Source: Caecitellus pseudoparvulus
Lineage: Eukaryota; Protista; Bigyra: Bicosoecida
Assembly: GCA_965644315.1 (NCBI GenBank)
Contig: CBFFRQ010000034.1
Span: 124,001-188,000 of the forward strand
Direction: 5' to 3'
DNA length: 64,000 nucleotides
Shown here: one piece after another, positions 35,208 to 47,900 of the stretch
Numbering within the stretch: the first letter of the stretch is position 1
Layout: every line of letters begins with the position of its first letter
Notes under the pieces: generated by a model
What the model was told of the DNA's origin: nothing
Database searches by the model: none
The model's input: only the letters and a program-made list of their open reading frames with translations
Program-made: the position numbers and the translations under genes

Positions 35208-35939
35208 CGCGTGGTGAAGCAGTTTCCGCACTCAGCACGTTCCCTCTTAGTGGACCACTGCACCAGTCAGGCAGAAGGAGCGATCTTGACGGGGCAAGAG
35301 CCCTGATTGTTACAGCAAATCGGCGAGTGGAGTTGTTTGTACGGCTCGTAATGCCGCTTCGTGGGCATTTGTGCAGGTGTGTGGTGCGGAAAGCGATTTC
35401 TCGCCGCAAGTGCGGTTTGACCTGTGAAGGGAAAGAAGTTGCTCTTCGCGAGCACCAGGCGATTTTCTTGCAGCTAGTGGTTAGCCCTGTTCGATACCTG
35501 TCTGCACCTCTTCGTCAAGCAGCTCCTTGCCACAGGACGAAGCATGCATCGCGGTGGAGAAGGAAGACCGACCGACAGCTGAGGTGCATCAGAGCGGTGC
35601 GCAATGCTCGCGAAGTGAGCAGCCAGCAAGGGTACAAAAGTAGCACCCCGAGCCCATTGGCCCTTCTTGAGTTGCCCAAACTATTTTAGGTTTTTGAAGT
35701 GAATGCAGATGCCCCGAGCTGACCAGAAGCCTGTCGACCGACGCCTCACCCGCTGCTCCGATCCGCACCAGGGTCACTACTCGGTCAATCCCTTCAGCCA
35801 AAGTCACCTCACGAAAAATACACTAAAATGAAGCAAGCACTGCACGAAAGCTACCCAAAATCACTCACAGAGAGCGAAAAGTGTGCATTTCATATGGTCC
35901 TGCACCTCTAGAGTGAAAACCCCCCCAGCTCAGGCGAGC

Positions 35940-38900
35940 TCAAAGTGCGAAGCACAGCACTCGGTGGCCGCCGTCATCACAGGTGGAGTCAGCCTCTGGG
36001 TCACACAAGGCACGGATGCCGTCTGAATCTGCGCGGGTTTCCAGCCCAGCGTTGTTCACCGCTCGCACCGTTGCAAAGATCACTTCATCTCGTTGCAAGG
36101 CGACAGTTGGCGTATCTGCCGTATCGGACACGCCTTCAAAGGTTGCCGGAACTGACACACCTTCAGCTGATTCTGGTGCCCAGGTGCAGGGGTGCTTGTC
36201 GTCTGCGCCAGGGATGCTGCCGAGGCACCACCAGTAGCCAGCCAGCCCGCTCTCGGCATCCGTGGCTTGGGCCCAGGCAATGTGCAAGGCCGTGGGAGCG
36301 ACGATGCAGTCAGCATCCAGTCCAGGCACGGCACCGTCCACCACGGCAGTGATGCCGCCAGGCCACACTGGGCCCGTGCCGTCGGTGATGCTGACAGGCG
36401 CACTGAGCAGCGTTTGCTGTCCGCCGCCGTTCGTCGCTCTCAGCACGAGGGCAAGGCGCTCAGAGTGCAGCAGCCAGGCTTCGGACGCGGCGCGTTCGGC
36501 GGCTGGAATGGGCGACAGGACCACTGCTCCGTCAGACGCTGTGCTGCCTTGGCACATGCTCAAAGTGCCGAAGAGAGGGCGGTCATCCGTGGACAGCCCG
36601 ACGAACTCCTGGGGGTTCGACAGACCATCTGTGTTGAGGGACACCCAGCTGTCTTGGCTGATTGAGCCATTGCCTGCCAAGCCCAGCGCCGTGGGAGCAG
36701 ACAAGCCTGCGCCAGTGACCAGCAGGACTTCCAGCCCAGCGAGGCCTGTCTCGGGGTCTGCAATGCCCGCCCAATGCAGCACGACGGGCGCATCGGTTTG
36801 TGCGCGGTACGTGACGTGCCCTGCACGGGCCGTCACTTGCGGGGCGCGCTCACTCAGCGCAGTATCCGCCTCTACTGCGGCCAGCTGTGCAGTACGGGTG
36901 CAGGCGCTGGCCAGCTCTGCGGCTAACGCCCCCACCCACAGCCCAGCTGGAGCGTCCTCTGCAGGCGGGGTTGTGTCCAGCAGGGCCAGTGGAGCGACAC
37001 CGCGTGCCGCAATGCCGGCCCCGTTCTCCGCGACCACCGTGAGCCAAATGACAGCCCCAGGCTCTGGGACGATGCTCGTCATATTCAGCACGACACTTGC
37101 AGGGGTGGTCGCAACACAAACTCTGTCAGGCTCGGAGCCTTGGGTCCAGCCCGCAGGTGTCGTGGACAGGAAGGCACACACCTGCCGCATGCCGCTCTGG
37201 GCGTCACTCCACTGCCCAAGCTGCACCTCCACACCATGCTCCACTGCATCCACCCACGCCAACGGCTCCAAGTTCTCGACGTCCGCGACTGGCAGCGGGT
37301 CCAGGGCAAGTGTGCTGCCTGCTTGGACGGCATCTTGGACAGCGCTGATGCTCAACTCCAGGGCGCGGCTTGCGAAGTGCACCTGCCCACCTTCCGGCAT
37401 GCTGGAGTCAAGCAGGAGGGGTGGCGAGCTGGTGAGGAGGTTGGCGCCCAAGGCCGTCACCGTCGTGACGTCCACTCGCACGACTGAGCCACCTGGTACG
37501 AGGGTCGCTGGCAGGGACAAGTCTTGCAGGGCAAGCTCCACTGCCGTATCTGTCGTTGCAGACGCAAGTGTGGCTGGATCAAACGCGCCACCTGACACTC
37601 GCGTAACGGAACCGTCGTCTGCCAGGAGACTCACTTGGTACTGAACGCTGGTCAGCGGCACCAAGGGCAGCAGAGGCAGGCGCAGTGCCGCGTGCAGGGC
37701 GTTGCCATGCTGGGCCGTCATCACGCCAGGCAGGTGTGCCACTGGGTGTGCCGAAGGGAAGGCGACGCGACCAGGCACCAGCACAGGCGGCTGCACGATG
37801 AGCAGAGGGGACAGCGCGAGGGATGCGGCCCCTGCACCATTCACCACCTTCACAGCCACAACGTGGGGCAGGTCGCTTGCATCGACCATGAAGTCACGTC
37901 CGACCTCGAATCGCATGCGGCGGTCCGTGGTGGCCAGAGCGGACGAGGGGATGGCGTTCCAGTCAATGACAATGTCCTGAGCATGTGCAGCGCAAGCGGC
38001 TGCCTCGGCACACGCAGAGGCGTTCACAGGCAGCAGCGCCCATTCAGCGCCTGCAATGCCTGACTGGGCGTCCCACGGCGCATCAGCTGTGAAGGTGAGG
38101 CCTGTGGCCTGCGTGAACGCCGCAGCGGCCAGAGACCCCTCGTTGAGCTGGGTGCCTTGGGCTGGCACGAATGCCAGCTGCCCTTCCACGGTAGAAGGCG
38201 CTTCTCCAAGGACGGACGCGGCAAGAGAGTGCAGAGCACGGGCCAGAGTACGCTGGTTGTGCACTGTGCCCTGCCAAACACCATCTGCATCCAGGGTGCT
38301 GCTCGCCGCCAGCGCCATGGACAGCGGCTGCTGCACTGGTGCACTCCAAGCTGCATCCACGGTCACGCCCACGCTGGAGGCGACACTCGTCCAGCCGTCA
38401 CTGGACTGCACGTGGAGGTTGGGGAACACCTGTGAGCCACTGGCGAGGTTCAAGCCAGACACCAGCAGCTCGCCTTGCAGTGCCTGCAGCTGGTCCAGCG
38501 GCACTGGGTGTGCGCCTCGCAAGTCTCGCAGGCCTGGCTGGGAGCCAAGCGAGATCTGCACAGAGCGCACAGGAGCCTGAGAAGCCACAGACCACTGCAC
38601 AGCCACGGCAGTTGTGTTCTGCTGGAAGCAACACAGCTCGCCTGCACTGCCGCTGGCAGTCAGCGGCACAGGTGCAATGGAACCTGAGAAGGCGGCCTCT
38701 TGCCCGATGAAGATGCTCCCACTGCTCGTGTTGGCAACGTTCCCAGCGCTGTCTGTCGCCCTCACTGACAAGATCAGCGTTTCCTGCCCACTGCCCAGGG
38801 GCAAGGACAGGGTTGTGGCGGAGAGTGTGGCATTTGTGTCCAGCACAGCTGCAGGCGGGAGCAGCGACACCTCTTGTGCCGTACCCAGGGCAGTCCACGG

Positions 38901-41900
38901 CAGCACTGCAGCTCCAGAAGAGGCATTCACAACAGACACCTCGTACGTCAGGGAGCCCGCAGTCGCAACGGCATCGTGCCACCGCCAACAGGCGTGCACT
39001 GGCGCCCCGACTGGCAGGAACATATTCTCGACAGGTGGAGAGGACCCCGCATGCCCCCTACAGGCAGCAGACACTGACAGCCAAGTGGGCACAGGAGCTG
39101 CCGTGTCCACCACGATGCCGTCTGTGAAGGCGTACGTCTGCAGGCCAGCGGCGCTGGTCAAAACGACGGTTCCGTACAGCACGTCACCCTGGCTCGGAGC
39201 AGAGCCGGGCACAGCAGAACACGTGCCTGAGACCAGACCAGGCAGCGCGTGCACGACTGCCTGGGACGCTGGCACGACGTCCTCTGCACCGGGGCTGGTG
39301 CCCCACATGCACTGCACGTGCTCCAGGCTAGATTCTGCATCCGCTGCGCCCTCCCACGCCAGCGCTATGAAATCAGCAGACGCCGTGGCTGCCGCATCGA
39401 AGGATGCAGCCAGCTCGTCGCTATCCAGGGGCGCCCGGAGCGAATCCCACACCCGCAGCAGTGTGGGAACAGTGGCGTCCACGGCACCTGTGCGAGCTGT
39501 GCTGGTGGTGTACTCGCCAGCTCCATTTGCGACAGTGAGGGAGAAGTAGGCCCGCTGCCCGTGCACAATGTTGGAGGCCAGGAATGTGTTGAGGGAGTCC
39601 AGAGGCACAGCAGCAGGAGGTGCGAGCTGTGTGCCGCCTTGGGAAGTGCCAGCAGAAACGACCACCACAGCCAGGCCGCTTTCGGCATCTGCAGCGGCAT
39701 CAAACGTCAGTGCAAAGGCGCCTGCTGCCCCAGACATGGAGGGGGCGCAAGGTGTGCACTCTGTGATGGAGGCGCCGTGGGTGGCCTTGTACGTGCCCAG
39801 GGGGCAGGGGGCACAAGCGCCATTGACCGCCTCTCGGTAGGTGCCTGGAGCACATTGCAGGGCTGGGGCATCCGAAGACACTGGCGGGCTGGGGGCGACA
39901 ATCCCAGTGGCACCCGAGTTGCAGGCGTCACAGAGGGCGGGGTCGTTGCCCAGCACTTGCTTGCAGGCGGGCACGGCGCAGGGTTGGCAAGACTTGGTCG
40001 TCGCGTTCAGCACGAAGCCTGGCCCACACTGGCACACGCCGCCGCCGTGCGTGAAGTCTGGCACAAACGCAGCATTGGGGTCGGCACAAGCGCATGTACT
40101 GCGCCCCGCAGGATCCCCGATCCCGAACTCCGTCAGCAACAGGGTCTGTGCACTCGCGCCAGCCAGGGAAGGCAGCGTCTCGTCACAGGCAAAGCCGTCC
40201 GAGGAGACGACGCTGGCGTGTCCCGCCATGTTCGTGGCACGAACACTTGTGTACAAAGTGCTCCCAGGCGTCAGATCGAGGCCTGTCGCGGCCCATGCCG
40301 TGCGTTGCGCCACGACTGTCCAGGGCATGACGTCATCCAGCCCTGCCGCGCTGCCCAGCGCAACCTCGTACGTTGCGATGCCAGAGGGGTCCACGAAGGA
40401 GTCCCAGTTCGCAGCTGCCTGACTGCAGTCGGAAGAGAAGTCCACGTCGCCGCCCAGTCGAGCTCCATCGCGCACGATGCCGGCAGTGGGCCCACTTGTG
40501 ACCAAGGGTGCAGGGCGACCCACTGCTCGACGCGCCAGGCCTGCTGCGTTGGTCGCCTTGACGCTGCAGGCCAAGAAACGGCTTTCAGGGAGGGGGTCCG
40601 GCACTCCATCGCTCCCAGGGGTGAAGGTGGCTTGGCTCTCACCTGGTCCCAGGGACAGCACATTGGACAGCGGCACGATGGAGCCAGTCCCACCCGCCGT
40701 CACCTCCACCAGCTCCACTTCAATGCCCACCACTGGTGCCTGGGCGTCCTGCACGCCTGCCCATCCACACGTGACCTGCGCCGCATCGCTCAGCAGGGAT
40801 GCCTTGCTGCCGCTGGCACCCAGGAAGTGGACGCTGCCGATGTCTGGCGGGGTGATGTCCACGACGACGGGCTTGGAGAACACTGTGCGCAGACCAGCTT
40901 CGTTGGTGCCAATCACGGACATGTAGTACTTGGTGCCAGTGACCAGGTGCAGGCCAGTCCAGGAGGCAGCTGGGCTGGCAAGGGGAGCGGAATACCCCTG
41001 CACCTGCTCCCCGTAAGGCGACGTGCCAAGGGCAGCGGAGTAGGCAACATCGCCCTCAGCGTCCAGGAACGGCGCCCAGGACATGGCTACAGCGCTGGTG
41101 GAGGACGCGTAGTACACGCCATCCATCAGCTGCCCGTCCGTCACTGCCGCTGTGCCGTCGAAGGTCGCCGCTGTCTCGTCAGGGGTGAAGGAGGTGTGCT
41201 CTGCGCCCAGCAGCGCTCCGTGCTCGTCATATGCGACGACTGTCACGTGGTACTCCGTTCCAGTCAGCAAACCAAGGCCAGTCGCACTGGCCTGTGTGGC
41301 AGTGCCCACAAATGTCAGCGGGAGCACTGCGGCACCGCCTGGGCTGGTTCCTATGGACCACGCGTAGGTGAGCTGCCGCAGGCTCTCGGCAGTGTGCAGG
41401 GCGTCTGCACTCTCCCATGGGTCCCACGCCACGTGCACGGAGCCGTTAGAACTGCCGTAGCTCGCCGGGCGCATCGTAGCAGCCAGCTCGGACCCTGCCT
41501 CGGGCGGGGTGAGGTCCACCACGATGCCGTCCGTGCTGGCTGACGCTTCTTGCCCAGCTGCGTCTGTCGCAAACACCGTCACAAAGTACTGCGAACCCTG
41601 CACCAGACCACCAGCGGGTGTCAGCGTGCAACTGCCGTCGGTTGCGAGGGCAGGAATGGCCACTGCGGTGCGGGCTTGCACGTCGCAGGCGCCACGTGAC
41701 GTGCCCGCACAGCACTCCCACTGGGCGAAGCCGGAGCCAAACTCAAACCAGCGCCCCGCCAGAACAAGGTCATCGTCCGGAGCCTGTACATCTGGGAAAA
41801 TAGCCCAGGACGCGTGCAGGTGCTCTGTCTCCGCAGAGTACCGGTCGTGGGTGCGGGCCAAGGTGGGGTACACAGGTCCACGCACGGGTGGCTGGGTGTC

Positions 41901-44900
41901 GATGGTGACTGGTGGCGCTTCCACGGGCGCTGTGGCGCCTGCCACAGCATCAAACGCTCGCACGGCGACACAATACGCGATATCGTTGATGAGGGTGAGC
42001 CCCGCCAGCGTCGCTGTCGTCTGCGTGCGATCCACGAAGCGCCACGGCGCGACGTCAGTCGAGCCTGGGCTGCCCTTTGCACAGGTGCGCGCTGAGACCT
42101 GGTACCGAAGCACTGCTCCGCCGTTGGCGTCGAAACCCGACCAGCTCACAGAGAGCCTGTCCGCAAATGGGGTAAAGGGCACGTTGGCAGTGCCTGGAGG
42201 GATGATGTTGTTCACGACGACAGAGGTTGTCGAGAGGGGTGTGTTGCTGAACAGGATGCCGTCGCTGGAGGCATCAGCGAACTGCCCGTTCGTGCTGTGA
42301 CCTCGCACGAGGAAGAAGTACGTTTGCCCACCGACGGGGGTGAGGGCCAGCGCCTCTGCACTGGTGCTTTGCACTGCGCCCAGGAAGGTCCACCCAAGAA
42401 CGTCAGTTGCGTGGCTGGTGAAGTCGTCGCTGCCAGCTGGTGGGGCGGTGGTGGAAACTGCGACGGAGTAGCCTGCCATGGTGGCGTGGCCTGCGTCCCA
42501 GCCTGACCAGGAAACCCGCAAGTTCGCCTCCCCCGTGACGTCTGCATCGACGCCTGGTTCGTCTGCCAGGACGTCCAGCACCTGCGCCGTGGACACAGCT
42601 GGGCGGCTCGGCTCCACAACCACCCCCACAGGGTCAGAGGCTGCTGAGTTCAGGCCTGCCCGGTCAGTGCACGTTGCCTGAACTTCAAGGCCCACACCAG
42701 TGGGCAAGGAGAGGGTGCCACCAGGTACAGTGGCAGGTAGAGCAAGGGATTTTGAGCCCACGGCGGCAGCGTTGCCGCCTGCCAGGTCCACGGCCACGTT
42801 AGATTCAACGCTGCCTGGGTTGCCGGCAGTGCCAACGCTGAGCGCGCATGCGCTGAACCCTGATACAGAGTCGGCAAACTGAATACGAACACGGAGGCTG
42901 TCAGTCAGGGCCGTCGCTAGAACAGGCGTGGCGTCCACGTCAAAGTCGTCTGGCTCGACACCAGGAACAGCGAACTGGAAGGCATCGGCACCTGTAGCGG
43001 GGGCGAGGACGCTGACCGACACTGAGGGCGGCACGGTGTCCACCGTCACCCCAGAGGACGTGCGGGCTGTCGCCGCACCAGCCGCGTTAATTGCGCTGAG
43101 CAGAAAGTAGTACGTGGACCCGGACGGCAGGGGCGCACCCAGAGGCACGTCCATTGCGTCCTGAGTCGCAGGCACGTCCTGGAAGGCCAGCACGTTGTCC
43201 ACCTGGCGACCGGGCACAGAGCCCGCCCCCACTTGGTACTTCACAATGGGGGCTTCCAAGTCTGCGAAGCCACTCCAGTGCGCGACGATGCGGTTGGCGT
43301 CGGATGAGAACTGGATGTCTGCCGTCACCCCGTCGCCGCCCAGCTCCTCTGGCACTGCAGGCCCGTCACTGCCATCCAGCACAGTGCCAGGCGTGGGTGG
43401 CGTCAGGTCGTACGTCATGGGGGGCGAGGACAGAATGCTGTGCAGCCCCGCCGCGTTCACAGCCCGCACATGCACCGTGTACACCAGCCCTTGCACGAGG
43501 CCAAGGCGCGCGAACACCTTGTACCCTGTCGCCGGCACGTCAATCCAGCGGCTGGAAGCGGACCCAGGGGACTCGGCGGCGTCTGTGGAACCAACGGCCG
43601 TGATGGTGCACAGCGCTGGGTCGCTGGCGTCCACTGTGACGCAGAACTGGTACCGCAGCAGGCCACTTGTGGAGCTCTCTGCATCGTAGAAGCCGTGCCA
43701 GGTGAAGGCAAACGGCCCACTCTGCAGGTACTCTGCGTGCACGTCGCTGCTTTCGTCGCCAAAGACGAACGTCGCAGCATCCACAATGTACACGCCGGCA
43801 GTGCTCAGCGTGTACGGGGGCGTCGCATCCACGACAAAGGGGCGAGAACACACGGCCAGCCTGTCGCCTGTGGCGGTGCTCACGTCTGCGACGAAGCGGT
43901 ACACCCCTGACGAAGACAGGGGTGATGTGGCGGGGATGTCGAGCTGTCGCTTTGCGAGGGGCAGCAGGCGCGTGAAGCCTGCGCCAGGCATTTCCTTCGC
44001 GAGACGCGTGTTGCTGCGCTGGAACTGCAGCATGGCGTCGTCCCACAACCACATGGACGCGGCCTCTGCACTGCCACTCATGGCCACCACGGAGGCGGCT
44101 GTGGTCGTGTCATCTGCTTGGGAAACACACTCATACCGTGGCTCACCCTTGGGCCCGACAGCTTGTGTGACTTTCACGTAGTGTCCATGGGGGCACTTTC
44201 GTGGAGGCGCCGCACAAATGACGCTGAGAGGCGCTGCACAGTCGGCCGCTTGCAGGGCTGGCCGGCCATCAGCCTGGCGCTTGAGCTTGGCGCAGCCCAG
44301 CGTCCCATCGTTGGATGGCTCAGAGGCGGCCCACGGCAGCCAGGACGAGGAAGGGGGCGCAAAGGCACCGCCTTGGGGCGTCCAGCGCCCCTTCACATAG
44401 GCACGGGACCAGCCTGTCCAGCACTCCCCTGCCGGCTCGCACAGGGGCAGGGCGGCAGCCAGGACTGACGCGTCGCGAGGGGAGGCCACGTGGCCGCCGT
44501 CTGCCGCACAGGCGACGATGGCGTCCTCGAACGACTGCGTGCTGGGCAGGCGTGTGAAGCACTCGTACACGCCGGGCGCCACCTGCACTAGGATGCCGAA
44601 ATCATCGCAGGTCAAGACCGGCGCCTCGCACAGCGCGGCAGCAGTGTCGCTGACTGCCGAGGCAACCAGGCCTGCTGGCGTGAGCCGGGCTCGGTTGCCA
44701 GGCCCTGTCGGCTGCCCTGCAGCCCACGGCAGGGTGGAGTCTGCAGCTGCGTCGCCCAGGTCCCAGGCTGTTGAGGCTGCCGGGGCGCCCGAGACCCAGT
44801 CCCCACCGACGTCCTGCTTGGCCGCCACCCAGCACGCCGTGCCGCCGCACAGCTCCAGCGCGATGCTCTGGCCTTCAGCGTCACCTGCGCCAATGTGCGC

Positions 44901-47900
44901 CAGGGCCCGGCCTGGTGTGGCAGCACACGAAATGGGCGCCAGGCTGGCGTCCTGCACTGCCGGCCCAGCTGTGGCGAGGCAGCGGGAAGCGCCAGCGCTG
45001 TGCACGTAGGAAAAGCCTGGCGGGCAGGCAAACGGCGGGCGCTCACACAGGAAGGGGTGCTCCTCAGTCTGCAGCCCAGTGGTCAGCGTGGGCGCCACGT
45101 CACCCGGAGCCGGTGCCGCCAGTCGTGCGCCTGACAAAGCAGGCGCCAGGAGGTAGTTCGTGGCGCCCCATGGGAGCGCGCTGACGCCAAGCACAGCGGC
45201 ATGCACTGCATGTGGGTGGCTCGTGGTGCTCCACGCGCCACTGCCGTCACTGGACGCCCCCACCCAGCATGTGGCAGAGTCGAACGCCGCACACAGGCCC
45301 GCCGCGGCAGCTGCTATGACAGGCTCAGTCAGGGACGTGAGCAAGTGGCCACCCCCCGCGTCGCACGTCGCAGCGGCAGCTGTAAACGTGGCCGGTCCGT
45401 GCACTGACGCACACGTGTGGCGCGCCCCGTCAGCGCTCAGCAACAAGGTGGAACCAGGTGGGCAGGAAATGACAGCCTCGGCCGACCGTGCATCCAGGGC
45501 GTCCTGGATCAGGCTGCCGCTGCAGGAGGCCTCATCCGCAGCGGACGAAATAGCTTGCACGCCCAGTCGCAGCTGCAGCGCGTCGCACGTGACGTCAAAG
45601 TCCGCCAGCGTTACTGCGCCGTGCAGGCCTCCGGGCATTGCAGGGTTGGTCTCCAACAATGCCGCCCCAGCCACTGCTGTGCCAGTGTCCAGCGTCTTGG
45701 TGTGTGCAGGGGCCAGCAGACCTGCAGCGGCAAAGGCAGGCGTGACAGGCTGCAGCGCAGAGTAACCGGGGCACGTGGCGATGCTGCCGTCACACGTGAC
45801 GTGCAGCGAGCACTGCGACACGCTGGCGCTGCAGACTTCGTTGTCACCTGCAGCGAACAGTGTCTCAGTGCAGCCGCCGTCCCCATTGCAGACGGATGCA
45901 GCGTGGCAGTCCTGAGCAGCGCACGTGTATGGCGTGCCAGAGCACACACCTGCGTCACAGCGGTCACCGAAGGAGCAGTCGTCGCCATCGTCACACGCGA
46001 GGCCAGCTGGGCGGCTGCTCCACGCGGTGGGGTCCAGCGTCACGTCGCAGTACTGGCACTGGGGGCTGGCTGGGTTCGCCTCGCCGTGCGCCACCAGCGT
46101 CCCGCCAATGTTGCACGCGCAGCTCTTGCCCGAAGGCACGAGGTCCACTACCCCCCCAGCGAAGCCAGGCTTCAGGGCACACCCGCCGTTGCCACTGGTG
46201 CCGGGCGTGCCATCGCACACTTCACAGTCCTGGGCGGGGTCAGCTGTGAACTCGAAATTCAAGCAGTGCGAGTACGGCGTGCCCTGGCACAGCCCACCTG
46301 CACTGCACGCGTCGCTGTGAGTGCACGCCAGCTCATCGTCACACCCGTACCCTTCGCCCCGGAAACTCCACGCGTAGTATCCGCCTGAGCCAGCCGGGTC
46401 GCAGAAGTAGCACTTGGAGTGCACGTCTGCGGCGTTGTCACGTGGTCGGTCCGAGAGGTACGCGCGGCACTGCCGCACGCCGTCAAAGTCGAAAATGGAA
46501 CAGTCGTCAGGCTCAGCGCACTGTGTGCAGCGGAAGGACATGGCCACCAGCCCCTGCCGCCCAGCCTCGCCTGCGCCCAGTGCTGACCGCAGTGCGTTCA
46601 GCTCTGCGTCTGCACTGGACGAGGGCTGCGCCGTCGTGCCAGCGACAAGAGTGGGGTCTGGGTGCCGGGCACCCGTGACGGGGTGAGGGGGGTGGCTTGC
46701 GGAGTCCAGGATGACGTCAGTCAAGAAGAACCCCGTGCCGCCGCCGCCGCCACTGGCATGGTCGGCAGAGGCCACCCCAGACCCGCCGCCGTAATACCCG
46801 CCACCTCCATCAGCTGCGTGCACCTCGCACGCTCCCCCTGAACAAGTGCTATCCGTGACCCGTCCGCCGTGTTGCCGTGTCCCCGGCCGCCCAGCAGCCT
46901 GAGACGTTGCCGTGGTCCCAGTGGCAAAGCCAGCCGTGCCGCCAAAGGCACTCTCACCGCCACCCCCGCCAGGGGCCTGTGCAGTGGAGGAGGCACTGGT
47001 GCCGGTCAACCCCCCCCCCGCGCCGCCACCAGAACACGTGGCCAGGCCAAAGCCACCGCCACCTCCGCCGCCAGCCACCAGCCACTCAGACAGCGCCCCT
47101 GTGCTCCACAGGGCGGAACGCTCACCCCCCCCTCGGTTCACGGCCAGGGAGGGGGTGAAGCCTGTTGCGGCAGGCGGGGCAAAGGGCAGCCCTGAGCCAA
47201 AGCCAGTGCTGCCATTGCCTGCCAGGGCGCGTGTTCCGAATGGCGACGCCACTTGGGCGTCGAACACCATGCCCTGCGTCGGCGCGAACTTGTCCCCACT
47301 CGCACCCACCTCGACCGTGAGGGGTGTGCCGGGCGTCAGGCGCAGGCGTGCGGTGGCCAGGCCGCCAGAACCCCCCCCGCAGCTGGCCTGGTCGGCGGGT
47401 CCACCCCCAGCCCCCCACATCGCCACATCCACTGCCAGGGCACCTGCTGGGCTGCGCAGCGTGTGCAGGCCTGGCCCGGCCAGGGTGAGGGAGGACGACG
47501 GTTCGCAGATGGGTGCGAAGGGCAAGCTGCGCAGGGTGACTTGCCCTCGCAGGCCGCCCAGGCTGTCGCTGGAGCCTGCTCCAGGGGCGCGCTCCAGGTC
47601 ACCGGCGGCCCCGGGGAACTGAGCCAACCCGCCGACCAGCCGCGTGTACTGCAGGCCACTGCCCAGGAAGCCGCTGCCGCCGCCGGCAGCCGATGCGACG
47701 GTGGACGAGATGGCAGCCCCTGCGCCACCCCCCATGTACCCCCCTCCTCCCGACGGCCCTGCCGCGTGCACTGCAGCCGTGTTGCAGCCAGGCACGCCCC
47801 GCATGCCACGGCCGCCCGTCGTGCCCCACAGACACGCGTCAGTGGAGGTCAGGGTGCCGCTGGCATCAGCCTTCAGGGCCCAGCCACCCGCCCCCTTTCC